Part shown: positions 19,870-29,878 of the stretch, one piece after another
Position numbering within the stretch: position 1 is the first letter of the stretch
Layout: every line of letters begins with the position of its first letter
The notes under the pieces: generated by a model
What the model saw: only the letters and a program-made list of their open reading frames with translations
Databases searched by the model: none
Told to the model about the DNA's origin: nothing
Program-made: the position numbers and the translations under genes
Assembly (NCBI GenBank): GCA_005191425.1
Contig: SUPR01000001.1
Location: 5,762-69,761 of the forward strand
From: Candidatus Helarchaeota ASGARD archaeon Hel_GB_B
GTDB lineage: Archaea > Asgardarchaeota > Lokiarchaeia > Helarchaeales > HEL-GB-B
Direction of reading: 5' to 3'
Length of the DNA: 64,000 nucleotides

Positions 19870-21048
19870 TTAAACTAGATTTTTAACAGCGTTTTCAATT
19901 CCTTCTAAAGTTAAAGGAAACATTGGAAAAATAGTCCGGATTACTTTTACCGTATAACCACCCCAGACATTTTCATTCATTGGGTTTAGCCAGACTGATT
20001 TTTTGAAATGTTGACGGAGTCTGTTTAACCAGACAATTCCAGCAGTCCCATCAGTATCTGTATAATATAAGCTGCCCCCACTGCACATGAGTTCTGAATG
20101 GGCCATAGAAGCATCACCGACCATTATCAATTTATAATCTTCATCACATTTCCTTAAAATATCGCTCGTATATATTGTTTCATCTTGGTTCATATCTTTA
20201 TATGAAATTTGATAAACACAATTATGAAAATAATAATATTTAAAATCTTTAAAAAATCTAAGTGAGTGAGCTGCGGAGAATAGTCGGTTTACTATATCAA
20301 TATACGGGTCCATTGAGCCGCCTGCGTCCATCATTAACAAGACTTTAATCCTATTTTTTCTTGGAGGTTGCATGCAAATTTCTAATTCACCTCCATTTTT
20401 ACATGTTTTATCGATAGTACCATCAAGGTCTAATTCATCTTCAATACCAACTCTTTTAAATCGACGGAGTTTCTTAAGTGCCATTTGAATTTGACGAATA
20501 TCAAGTCTAATGTCATTACGATAATTTCTATAATATCGTTGCATTGCAATTTTTACTGCTGTACCAGCGCCATGAGTACTAGAGAAGCTAATTCCAGTTG
20601 GATGGGCGCCATAATTTCCAAAAGGAGAAGTTCCACCAGTACCTATCCATCTATTGCCCCCATCATGTCGTTCTTTTTGTTCTTTCAATCTCTCTTCAAA
20701 CATTTTTAATAGTTCATCAAGCCCCAATTTTTTTAATTGCTCTAATTGCTCTTTTGTTAAATTTAATCTTTTAGGGTCTTCTAACCATTTTAAAATTTCA
20801 TCTCGAATTGAAATTGGAATATCTAAGCCTTGAAAATATTTAAGAAAAATGCGATCATATTCATCATAATATATAATGTCTTTTACAAGAAGAGAACGTG
20901 CTAAAAAGTAGAAATTCTCTAGATTACAATTTTCGAGTCCTAACTCCAATGCTTTAATTAATGTCATAAACTCGGTAATAGAAACCGGGATTCTGCTTTT
21001 TTTCAATTCATAGAAGAAATCAATAAACATTTTTTTATTCCCAATCAA
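19870..21048 (-). CDS. VWA-domain protein, partner of the MoxR-type AAA+ ATPase (CoxE/CbbO-like)
   Basis: Lies 3 nt downstream of the MoxR ATPase gene. C-terminal region (LLMMDAGGSMDPY...) has a VWA-like MIDAS context; overall architecture as in VWA partners of MoxR. Confidence 0.55.
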   Translation of the reverse strand: MIGNKKMFIDFFYELKKSRIPVSITEFMTLIKALELGLENCNLENFYFLARSLLVKDIIYYDEYDRIFLKYFQGLDIPISIRDEILKWLEDPKRLNLTKEQLEQLKKLGLDELLKMFEERLKEQKERHDGGNRWIGTGGTSPFGNYGAHPTGISFSSTHGAGTAVKIAMQRYYRNYRNDIRLDIRQIQMALKKLRRFKRVGIEDELDLDGTIDKTCKNGGELEICMQPPRKNRIKVLLMMDAGGSMDPYIDIVNRLFSAAHSLRFFKDFKYYYFHNCVYQISYKDMNQDETIYTSDILRKCDEDYKLIMVGDASMAHSELMCSGGSLYYTDTDGTAGIVWLNRLRQHFKKSVWLNPMNENVWGGYTVKVIRTIFPMFPLTLEGIENAVKNLV

Positions 21049-21051
21049 TAA

Positions 21052-21897
21052 TTAATATGATGAACTACTTTTTAGAAATGAATAACTGGAACGTTTTGCA
21101 AGGTTCTCCAAATCTTGTTCTTTTTTTATTAAAGTTCCAATAAAAGGTACATTCTCTTTAAGGTCTTTCTCTGTTAAACCTGCTTTTATCAAGACCCCAA
21201 GCCAATCAATAAGCTCTGAGGTGCTGGGTTTCTTTCGTAAGTAAGGCACTTTTCTTAACTCGTAAAATTTGTCCATTGCATTCCATAATAGCGTTTTTTT
21301 GATGTTTGGATGGTGCACATAAATAATTTTTTCCATTAACTCTGGATCCGGAAATTCGATATAATGAAAAATACATCTCCTCAAAAATGCATCAGGTAAT
21401 TCTTTTTCAGCATTGGATGTGATAATCACGATTGGTCTATGCTTGGCTTTAATAATTTCATCAGTCTCCATAATATGAAATGACATTTCATCAAGTTCAT
21501 TTAATAAATCATTAGGAAATTCTATATCAGCTTTGTCAATTTCGTCTATCAATAAGACAACTTGTTCATCACTTGTAAATGCTTCACCTAACTTACCTAA
21601 TCGTATATAATTCTTGATATTCGATACATCTTTATCTCCAAATCGACTATCATAAAGCCTCTGGACAGTATCATATATGTAAAGTCCATCTTTTGCTTTT
21701 GTTGTACTTTTAATATTCCAAACAATTAGTCGTTTACCTAAAGCTTTAGCTATTGAATGAGCTAATAAAGTTTTACCAGTACCAGGTTCTCCTCTTATTA
21801 ATAATGGACGCTCAAGGGCTATCGCTACATTAACAATATTCTTTAATTGCTCACTTACGATATAATCATCAGATCCAAAATATTTCTCAAAATTCAT
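21052..21897 (-). CDS. MoxR-like AAA+ ATPase
   Basis: Walker A LIRGEPGTGKTLLAHSIAKALG, Walker B VLLIDEIDKA, sensor region ITSNAEKELPDAFLRRC. Confidence 0.8.
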   Translation of the reverse strand: MNFEKYFGSDDYIVSEQLKNIVNVAIALERPLLIRGEPGTGKTLLAHSIAKALGKRLIVWNIKSTTKAKDGLYIYDTVQRLYDSRFGDKDVSNIKNYIRLGKLGEAFTSDEQVVLLIDEIDKADIEFPNDLLNELDEMSFHIMETDEIIKAKHRPIVIITSNAEKELPDAFLRRCIFHYIEFPDPELMEKIIYVHHPNIKKTLLWNAMDKFYELRKVPYLRKKPSTSELIDWLGVLIKAGLTEKDLKENVPFIGTLIKKEQDLENLAKRSSYSFLKSSSSY

Positions 21898-22561
21898 TTT
21901 GTTTCCCGATTACTTTCATTCTTTTTTTTTATCGCTCTAAACAAAAATATGTAGACTATTAAAATTATTGGTGATCAATTTTAAATCATAATCTAAAAAT
22001 TATTTATTAAATTTTTTAATTCCAATTTTTTAAATAATTAGAGTTTATTTATTTTCCTTAGCTTGAAAATAGAAAAATAATTTTTTATTTATTCCATATG
22101 AATAGATTTCGGAATGACCCCAAGCATTTCTATCTTGCCTTTCTTTAATCTGAATATTTGATTTGGAGATTTTCTTAACTTCTTACTACCTTGTCCAAAT
22201 ATATTTTGCTTGATTATTATACTTCTTAATATTAACTTTTAAGATCTTTCTTCAATTATTTAATAAAGTTAGTATTAATTGTATTTTTTAGCATATCTAA
22301 TTGATGTTTTAAACTTCTTTGGGTTAAATTATTTTGGTAACAGGATTAAATTTTTGGAGTTGTATATATTATCTGTTTAATTAAACATAAGTAATTTTTT
22401 TAATATATATTTGGGAATTGCTCTTTTGATTTCCTCAATTAGGTCTATGAACTGGCTAATAAGGTCAGAAATTGATTTTTCAAGTGCATTTATTTCCAAA
22501 TCGAACTATTCCTCTTTGGATATTTTTATTAAATCAACAAGTTTAATTTATATGTTATTCA

Positions 22562-22981
22562 CTAAAAGACAATTTGGGGTGTGAAATAACGAATATATTG
22601 AATTTCTTTTTTATTATTTATTTTAGAAATAGTGTTTATTAGTTTAATCAATTTGGTTTCGGCATTTTCTAAGAATTCTTGATTAAAATTCTCTTTTAAT
22701 TCTATTGTAGTTATAATCGTATCGATTATATTAAGATAACTATCAATATCTTTGATTTCGTTTTGAATTAGATTAATTATATCTAAATATTTATTATGAT
22801 TATTTTTAATTTGTGAATTCATTTTCTTAAGTTTTTGAAATTTTTTATGATTAAATTCTATTTTTTTTAAGAATGCATTAATAATAAACAATCCCGTTGT
22901 AAACATTTCGGATATATTTCCTAACAAGAGTAATTTTCTTTCCAATTCGATCGGATCGTTTTTTTCATTTTCTAAGATCAT
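22562..22981 (-). CDS. Hypothetical low-complexity protein (possibly spurious ORF in an AT-rich spacer)
   Basis: ORF only. Composition is N/K/I-rich with no recognisable motif. Confidence 0.2.
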   Translation of the reverse strand: MILENEKNDPIELERKLLLLGNISEMFTTGLFIINAFLKKIEFNHKKFQKLKKMNSQIKNNHNKYLDIINLIQNEIKDIDSYLNIIDTIITTIELKENFNQEFLENAETKLIKLINTISKINNKKEIQYIRYFTPQIVF

Positions 22982-23745
22982 AAATTAGACCACCTTAATT
23001 TATCACTCCTTCTCTTTAACATTTTAATTATTTAAAAATAATATTATTAAATTCATTAGTAAAACCATTTTAAATAAGGTTTCTTTTATAATCTATGCTA
23101 TATTATATAGTTAAACCTATAAAAAATCCACAATAAATAATTTTTGGTAGTAATATCATTTTTTTTTAGATGGAGTATTATTAAAAAGAATAAATAGTTT
23201 TATTTTATAAAAAATAACAAAAAGATAGGCCGATTAAATTTCCATTTTCTCTAAAAGTTTTTGTCGGGGTTCTCTATCTAACTAATTAAAATAATGGATG
23301 TAATAACAGGCCAAACTATTTTTAGAACTAAAGAGAGATATCTTGGTAGAAGGTTGGTGAGTAAATAGTATGTATAAAAAGAAATGCGAATAATATTATA
23401 GTATGTATAATAATTTGGGTGGAAATATGAGTTATCAATACGAAATTACTGGATGTTTTTAATATAAAATATATTATTATGCATATCTACTCACATAATA
23501 TATAAAATTCAAAAGATTTTCGCCAGTATATTTTTTAAAAATATAGAAAAAGGAAAATGAGTGTGTTATTACCGGAGTGTCAGATCTCGGTAACTCAGTT
23601 TCTCGCAAACTTTTCAGATAATAATAGATTAAAAAGTCCCACTTTATTTTGGATATCAATTTTCTTTAAATAATCAAATAAAAAATTTTGAGATATGCAA
23701 AATTTAAAAATTTAATTTCAACGAAATTTAATTAAGGTGTAAAAA

Positions 23746-25011
23746 TTGTATAATCGACATTCTTCAAAAACAATAATAGGAGCAGATAGTGAAATTTTGA
23801 AGGGTAAGAAAATTGCTTTATGCATAACAGGTTCGGTAGCAGCTATGCAGACACCAATTATAGCAAGAAATTTAATGAGATATGGTGCAGAAGTTTTTCC
23901 TGTAATGACTAAAGCGGCAACTGAATTAATTAATCCAAATACACTACAATGGGCTACTGGAAATGAAGTTATTACTAAACTTACTGGAAGAGTTGAGCAT
24001 ATTACTCTTGCAGGAGATGAAATTGGTCATGTTGATATTATCTTGGTCTGTCCTGCTACTGCCAATACAATTAGTAAAATTGCGTGCGGAATTGATGATA
24101 CACCAGTTACTACTGTGGTTACTACTGCATTTGGAACTGGAATTCCAATTATTATTGTCCCTGCAATGCATGAAACAATGTATAACCACCCAATAGTTAT
24201 GAAAAACATTAAAGAATTAGAAAAATATGGTGTTAAATTCGTCGGTCCTAGAGTTGAAGAGAAAAAGGCAAAACTTGCTAAAGTAGACGAAATTGTCAAT
24301 ACTGTGATTAAAGAATTAACTACAAAATCACAAGATTTAAAGGGACTTAAATTTCTCATAACAACTGGCCCTACAAGAGAATATATTGATGCGATTAGAT
24401 ATATTAGTAATCCATCAAGTGGTAAAATGGGATTAGAAATTGCTATTAATGCAAAAAATAGAGGTGCAGATGTAACTCTTATTTATGGTGAAGGTACTAC
24501 TGTAGATATTCCGTCATATTTTGAAACAATTAAAGTCACTTCTACTGAAGATCTTTCTAATGCTATTTGTAATGAATTAGAAAAAAAACATTACGATGTT
24601 TTTATTTGCGCAGCAGCTATTAGTGACTTTACTGCAGTAAATAAATTAGACGAGAAAATCTCCTCAACGACCCCTGAACTATTAGTAAAATTAAAGCCAA
24701 CGCCTAAATGTATTGATAGAGCCCGAGAGGTAGATAAAAATATATATATATGTGGATTTAAAGCAGAATATCGAGTTTCTGAAGAAGAATTGGTCCAAAG
24801 AGCAAGAACAAAAATGAATGAAGCAAACATTAATTTAATGGTAGCTAATGATGTCGGAAAAGAAAAAAGAGGATTTAACACTGAAACTAATGAAGTCTTT
24901 TTAGTTTCAAATGATACTGTTGTCCATCTACCATTAGAAAACAAAAAGAAAATAGCTTCCAAAATTATTGATCATATTATTGATGATTTAAATGCTAAGA
25001 AGGAAAATTAA
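23746..25011 (+). CDS. coaBC: Bifunctional phosphopantothenoylcysteine decarboxylase / phosphopantothenate-cysteine ligase
   Basis: N-terminal flavoprotein domain (KKIALCITGSVAAMQTP...PATANTISKIACGIDD). C-terminal CoaB domain (ITTGPTREYIDAIRYISNPSSGKMG). Confidence 0.85.
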   Translation: MYNRHSSKTIIGADSEILKGKKIALCITGSVAAMQTPIIARNLMRYGAEVFPVMTKAATELINPNTLQWATGNEVITKLTGRVEHITLAGDEIGHVDIILVCPATANTISKIACGIDDTPVTTVVTTAFGTGIPIIIVPAMHETMYNHPIVMKNIKELEKYGVKFVGPRVEEKKAKLAKVDEIVNTVIKELTTKSQDLKGLKFLITTGPTREYIDAIRYISNPSSGKMGLEIAINAKNRGADVTLIYGEGTTVDIPSYFETIKVTSTEDLSNAICNELEKKHYDVFICAAAISDFTAVNKLDEKISSTTPELLVKLKPTPKCIDRAREVDKNIYICGFKAEYRVSEEELVQRARTKMNEANINLMVANDVGKEKRGFNTETNEVFLVSNDTVVHLPLENKKKIASKIIDHIIDDLNAKKEN

Positions 25012-25831
25012 ATTTAATTAATATTTTAGTTTCTATTTTAAATTTAAAAAGTGAATATATGTTAATAAAATAAATAATAATTCCCGTAGATTTTAATTTA
25101 TTATTATTTAATTTTTTTCTCTATAAGATTTTTTCTCTAAAAATTTTAAAAATAAGTAATTTTGAGTGAATCTTCTTAAATTATTCTAATTTCTTTATTC
25201 CAATTCATATTATGGCAAAAAATCTTTATTATAAACTTTTTATTCCATTTTTTTAACCAAAATACGAAAATTACATTTGAACATTCTTGAGTAGGCGCCC
25301 CCTATTATTTGTAAATATTTACCCAACATCAGTAATTAATTTTAAATCAAAAAGAGCACTACAACGCATTTTTTTCCATTTTGGTTTTATTTCCAATCTT
25401 GACTTATTTAAAACTTTTTGAAACTTTAATTTTCTTCTTATTTTTAAGTATTTAGAAAAACTTTTTATTTATTTTCTTTTCCTATAAAACAATTACAATT
25501 GATTTGATCTATTTTACAAGTTGAGTTTTTGTCGGTAATGGATTTTATTCATTGAAAAATTTTTTATTATAAAATAAAAAGATTTAAAAAGAAAGATTAG
25601 AGAATAAGTAAATTATGATTAAATAGATCGATTTTCGATATATTATAATCATTAATTTATCCCTAATCACCCATAATATAGATCAATATTATTATCACAA
25701 TTAATTATTAAAAATATAATTGTATGAAATTAATTAGGAGTTTAAATATCATCTAAACCGTAGAGATATTAATTAGCTAAATTAATACCCCATCGCTCCT
25801 AATTGACTATATTTAAAGATGTGGAATAAAA

Positions 25832-28800
25832 TTGGCACAAGTTGAAGTTATCACGAAAGATGTTATAATAGATGTACTGACAAATAACTGGCTAACAAAG
25901 CCAGAATTATTTAAAAAACTTCCACCGATAAGAGAACAGAGTACTGTAAAAGTTATTAATGATTATTTAGATACATTAACCCAAAAAGGAATTGTTACAA
26001 AAAAAATAATAAAAGGTAGAATTTGTTTTGGAATTTTTAAAGAAAAAGGGAACGAACCACATCTTAAACAAACAAAATTGGACCAAATAATGCCTAAAGA
26101 CCGGCAAATTAAAAAGACGGAGTCAAGAGTAAAAATAGGAAAAACTGTTTACACAAAAACAGTACCAAAGACAAAAGTAACTAAATCCAATAAAAAGACT
26201 TCAAATAAAATAAAAAAATCTGTGGATAATACTCAACTTAAAACTAAAAAAGAAAAAGGTACACCGAAAACAGATTCGATTGAAAAAAAGGACAATATTA
26301 AAAAAGAATCTATCAAAAAAAAGGAAACTCCAGCTAAATCTGACCTAAAAAATAGACCAGACCAAAAGCCAAATTTACCAATTAAATCCAAATCTAAATC
26401 TGAAAGTAAATCAAAAGCCGCAACTGATATTAAATCAGATCAAGGAGCAGAATCACATCCAAAATCTAAAGAAACTCAAAAACCTGAATTTAAAGAAAAA
26501 ACCGAATTATCAAATATAATAGAAAAGGAGAAAATAAAAGTTAGCCACAAATATAAAAGACGAAAAATTAATAAATCAGGAATTTTACCGACACGAGAAT
26601 ATGTCATGAGCAAAAAAGAAGAAGTTGGTACAGATAGAGCTTATCAACAACTTTCTCCCGCTGAATTTTTTAAGAAGAATAAAGCAATTGCAGGTTTTGA
26701 TAATGATCAAAAGGCAGTTTATACAACAATTAGAGAATTAGTTGAAAATTCTATTGATGCAGCTGAAGCAATCGAAAAGCCCCCAGATATTTTTATAAAA
26801 ATGGAGTCGCTTCCGAATAATAGATATAAGATTACAATCCGTGATAATGGCTCAGGGGTACCTGATGAAGAGATCCCAAAATGTTTTGGTATATTATTAT
26901 ATGGATCTAAATATATAAGAAAACAAGGAAGAGGTGCATTTGGTTTTGGAGGTAAGATGGCAATATTATATGGACAGATATCAACATTAGAACCTGTCGA
27001 AATAAAAAGTTCTACTAATGGAAAAGAAATTTATTATTACAAAATGAGGATTGATATAAAAAATAATGAACCGATAATTGAAGAATATAAAGTAATACCA
27101 AATTCGGATAATTGGACAGGAACAGAAATATCATTTAAATTTAAAGGAGATTATCCTAGAGTACGAAAAAAAGTATTAGAATACTTAAATAAAACTGCAA
27201 TTATCACACCTCATGCAGAAATCGAATATATTGAACCAATAGATGAGCGATGTGAAAAATGTAGATCAGATAGAGTTGAAACTCTTGGAGATGTGATATA
27301 CTGTAAAAAATGTAGTAATAAATTTATTCATAATATAAATATTAATGATAATTTTACTTTAAAAAAGATATTTCAAAATAAAATCGGTGGAATTGATAAA
27401 GACCTCTTTAACAAAATAAAATTGGATTTGTCGGATATTTTAGACGCTGAAATTGATAAACTCAGTAATTTAAGAGAAATATATAATAAAATTGAAGATA
27501 TTTATGGAAGTCCAATAGGAATAACCAAGGATAATTTAATTAATAAAATTTTTAAATTAATTTTAAAAGGAATTAAGAACTTTACAATTATTTCTAAGAA
27601 ATATAAGAATATTTCAGAAATAGATGTTACTACAAAAAAAGAAATAATAGAATTAATTGAAAATATAAATAATTTGTTTAAATATGTGGGTGGAAAGTCA
27701 TTCCCAATTACAAGTTTAACACCCGCAAATATTAAAACAAAATTAGAACATGAAAAAAAATTTCTAACTAGAGCAAAAAATTTTGATGCTTTTCTTTTAG
27801 ATATAATTTCAGGACTTGGAAAAAAGACATTAAAAAAGGTAGAGGATGAATATGGAGAAAATTTAAAAATAGATATTTTCGAAGCAGAATCTAAAATTGA
27901 TATGAATAAATTATATAAAATATTATATAAAAATCTTACATCTGGATTAATAAACATTAAAGATTTGACATTTGAACAATTCAAACAACTTATAGAAGAA
28001 GTAAAAAAAGAAAAAATTAAATATATCTCTAAATTAAAAGATGGAGTCCTTGAATATATCAGAAAAGATGCGTTTCTATCTCAGAAAGAGCCCTATAAAT
28101 TTATAAATAATTCAGTGGAAAAATGTCCATATTGTAATTCATCAGATATAATACAAATTGGGGACTGGAGGCAATGTCAAGTAAGTTCATGCAAGCATAA
28201 TTATTTAAATATTTATAGACACATTTATAGAAGAGGTACTACAGAATTACCGCCAAACCCGACTGCCAGTCTTCCGCATCCGCACGGAATTGATGCAGAT
28301 ACATTATTAGAAATGATTAAAGCAGAATTAAGCGAATTTTATATCACCTATGAACCTATAGGTAATTATTCTATGCAAAAACTATTAAGAAAAAATATTA
28401 AAGGAATTGGAAAAGAAACACTCAATAAGATTGAAGAATTAACGCCCGAATCCCTTGAGAAAGATGCCGATAAATTTAGAAATGTTAATCAATTGTATAA
28501 GGCAATTGAAAAAGCAGTGGGACATCCAATAGGAAAAGTTGAGGGTAAAAAAACAGTTTACAACATTAATAATTTAAAATTTGAAGAATTTAAAGAAATT
28601 ATTAACAATGAACTTTCAAATAATACTAATTTAGACTCTATTTTGAAAAAGTTATTTTCAAGATTGCGGGTTAAAATCTTAAATGAAATTAAAAAAGAAT
28701 TAGATATACAAATCGACCAACAGATTCCTTCAAATATTGATTTAGAAAAGTTATACAAATTATTATTAAAAAAACTCCCTAAAACCAATTCAATTAATGT

Positions 28801-29878
28801 AAAAGAATTAACTCTTGAAAAATTAAAACAATTAATCGAAAATGTCAAAAAAGATAAACATGAAGAGTTTAGGAAAGCAAGCCCAAATTTTTATTCATTT
28901 ATGAATAAGAGATTTCAGAGGACCGGGAAAAAAACAATTAATAATTTCTGTGAATTTGCGCGGCAAAATTCAACATTAAAGCTTTATCCAGAAACTTTAC
29001 TAATGGACCTAGATAAAGATGCCATAGTTAAAATCACGGATTTACTTCAAAAATTTCCATTTATGAGGCCAGATGCTAGTTGTTTGGCTCCTATAGGAGA
29101 ACAATTGCTTTTAAAAGGAATTATGAAGGAGATGAACCCTGAATGGGCTAGTACAGTCCAAAGACCACCTGAAGTTTGTGAAGGACATCCATTTATAATT
29201 GAGATGGGACTTGCTTATGGAGGAAAAATAGATTCTTCGGGTGATTATTTACAAAGATTTGCTAACCGTATTCCATTACTTTATGAATCAAGTATGGGTG
29301 TTTGTGCTACTGCAATTAAAAAAATCAATTGGAGACATTATAAATTAGATTTAGATAAAATGCCAATACATATTTTTATTCACATAGTATCTACGAAAAT
29401 ACCGTGGGGACGCTTTGGCAAGGAATATATTGCAAATAAACCAGAAATTAGGTCAGAAATAGAAAAAGGGATCAAATACTTAGCGGGACAACTCCGTACT
29501 TATTTGAGTAAAATTAGAAAAAAGGAATCTATTAAAAAGAAAGTTTTTAAATTGAAAATTTTTGGCCGCGCATTAATAGAGCCTTTAGCAGAATTAGTTG
29601 AAGCAGATCCATCGATCATCGTTAGAATAATATATAATTATATTATAAGTAAAAGACCAAAAAAAGAAAAAAGTAAAAATCTGTATAAGAATTTTTCAAA
29701 CTTTTTTGATGATTTAAGTCTTTTTGATAAATTAGATTTAGAATATCTGAAATTACTGGTTAAAGAAAAAAGTAAGAATCCATTTAAGAATTTCTTAAAT
29801 TTTTTTGATAACTTTAATTATATAAACTTATTAATTAAACTAAAAATAAATGATCAAGATGTCGACCAAAAGAGTTAG
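25832..29878 (+). CDS. top6B: DNA topoisomerase VI subunit B, strongly expanded (1348 aa). It has an N-terminal wH-like domain, a Lys-rich low-complexity linker, a GHKL ATPase, a ~530-aa insertion, an H2TH/transducer region and a repeat-containing tail.
   Basis: Bergerat-fold motifs VYTTIRELVENSIDA, ITIRDNGSGVP, GRGAFGFGGKMAILYG. Transducer block MRPDASCLAPIGEQ...GHPFIIEMGLAYGG...IPLLYESSMGV...IFIHIVSTKIPWG. Directly followed by, and overlapping, top6A. Confidence 0.85.
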   Translation: MAQVEVITKDVIIDVLTNNWLTKPELFKKLPPIREQSTVKVINDYLDTLTQKGIVTKKIIKGRICFGIFKEKGNEPHLKQTKLDQIMPKDRQIKKTESRVKIGKTVYTKTVPKTKVTKSNKKTSNKIKKSVDNTQLKTKKEKGTPKTDSIEKKDNIKKESIKKKETPAKSDLKNRPDQKPNLPIKSKSKSESKSKAATDIKSDQGAESHPKSKETQKPEFKEKTELSNIIEKEKIKVSHKYKRRKINKSGILPTREYVMSKKEEVGTDRAYQQLSPAEFFKKNKAIAGFDNDQKAVYTTIRELVENSIDAAEAIEKPPDIFIKMESLPNNRYKITIRDNGSGVPDEEIPKCFGILLYGSKYIRKQGRGAFGFGGKMAILYGQISTLEPVEIKSSTNGKEIYYYKMRIDIKNNEPIIEEYKVIPNSDNWTGTEISFKFKGDYPRVRKKVLEYLNKTAIITPHAEIEYIEPIDERCEKCRSDRVETLGDVIYCKKCSNKFIHNININDNFTLKKIFQNKIGGIDKDLFNKIKLDLSDILDAEIDKLSNLREIYNKIEDIYGSPIGITKDNLINKIFKLILKGIKNFTIISKKYKNISEIDVTTKKEIIELIENINNLFKYVGGKSFPITSLTPANIKTKLEHEKKFLTRAKNFDAFLLDIISGLGKKTLKKVEDEYGENLKIDIFEAESKIDMNKLYKILYKNLTSGLINIKDLTFEQFKQLIEEVKKEKIKYISKLKDGVLEYIRKDAFLSQKEPYKFINNSVEKCPYCNSSDIIQIGDWRQCQVSSCKHNYLNIYRHIYRRGTTELPPNPTASLPHPHGIDADTLLEMIKAELSEFYITYEPIGNYSMQKLLRKNIKGIGKETLNKIEELTPESLEKDADKFRNVNQLYKAIEKAVGHPIGKVEGKKTVYNINNLKFEEFKEIINNELSNNTNLDSILKKLFSRLRVKILNEIKKELDIQIDQQIPSNIDLEKLYKLLLKKLPKTNSINVKELTLEKLKQLIENVKKDKHEEFRKASPNFYSFMNKRFQRTGKKTINNFCEFARQNSTLKLYPETLLMDLDKDAIVKITDLLQKFPFMRPDASCLAPIGEQLLLKGIMKEMNPEWASTVQRPPEVCEGHPFIIEMGLAYGGKIDSSGDYLQRFANRIPLLYESSMGVCATAIKKINWRHYKLDLDKMPIHIFIHIVSTKIPWGRFGKEYIANKPEIRSEIEKGIKYLAGQLRTYLSKIRKKESIKKKVFKLKIFGRALIEPLAELVEADPSIIVRIIYNYIISKRPKKEKSKNLYKNFSNFFDDLSLFDKLDLEYLKLLVKEKSKNPFKNFLNFFDNFNYINLLIKLKINDQDVDQKS
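29663..29830 (+). repeat. Imperfect ~45-bp direct repeat inside the 3' end of top6B. It encodes the duplicated peptides KSKNLYKNFSNFFDD and KSKNPFKNFLNFFDN.
   Basis: aaaagtaaaaatctgtataagaatttttcaaacttttttgatga versus aaaagtaagaatccatttaagaatttcttaaatttttttgataa, about 100 bp apart. Confidence 0.5.

Noticed and set aside
23477-23659. 60-aa ORF in the spacer upstream of coaBC; similar 43617-43799 and 44029-44226 ORFs
   Set aside because: Low-complexity, AT-driven ORFs in intergenic DNA with no motifs. Likely non-coding.
27242-28830. Possibility that the Top6B insertion is an intein or homing-endonuclease insertion
   Set aside because: No Cys/Ser at an N-terminal splice junction, no TxxH block, no LAGLIDADG/HNH motifs and no terminal His-Asn plus nucleophile. 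The insert instead has zinc ribbons and duplicated helical HhH-like modules.
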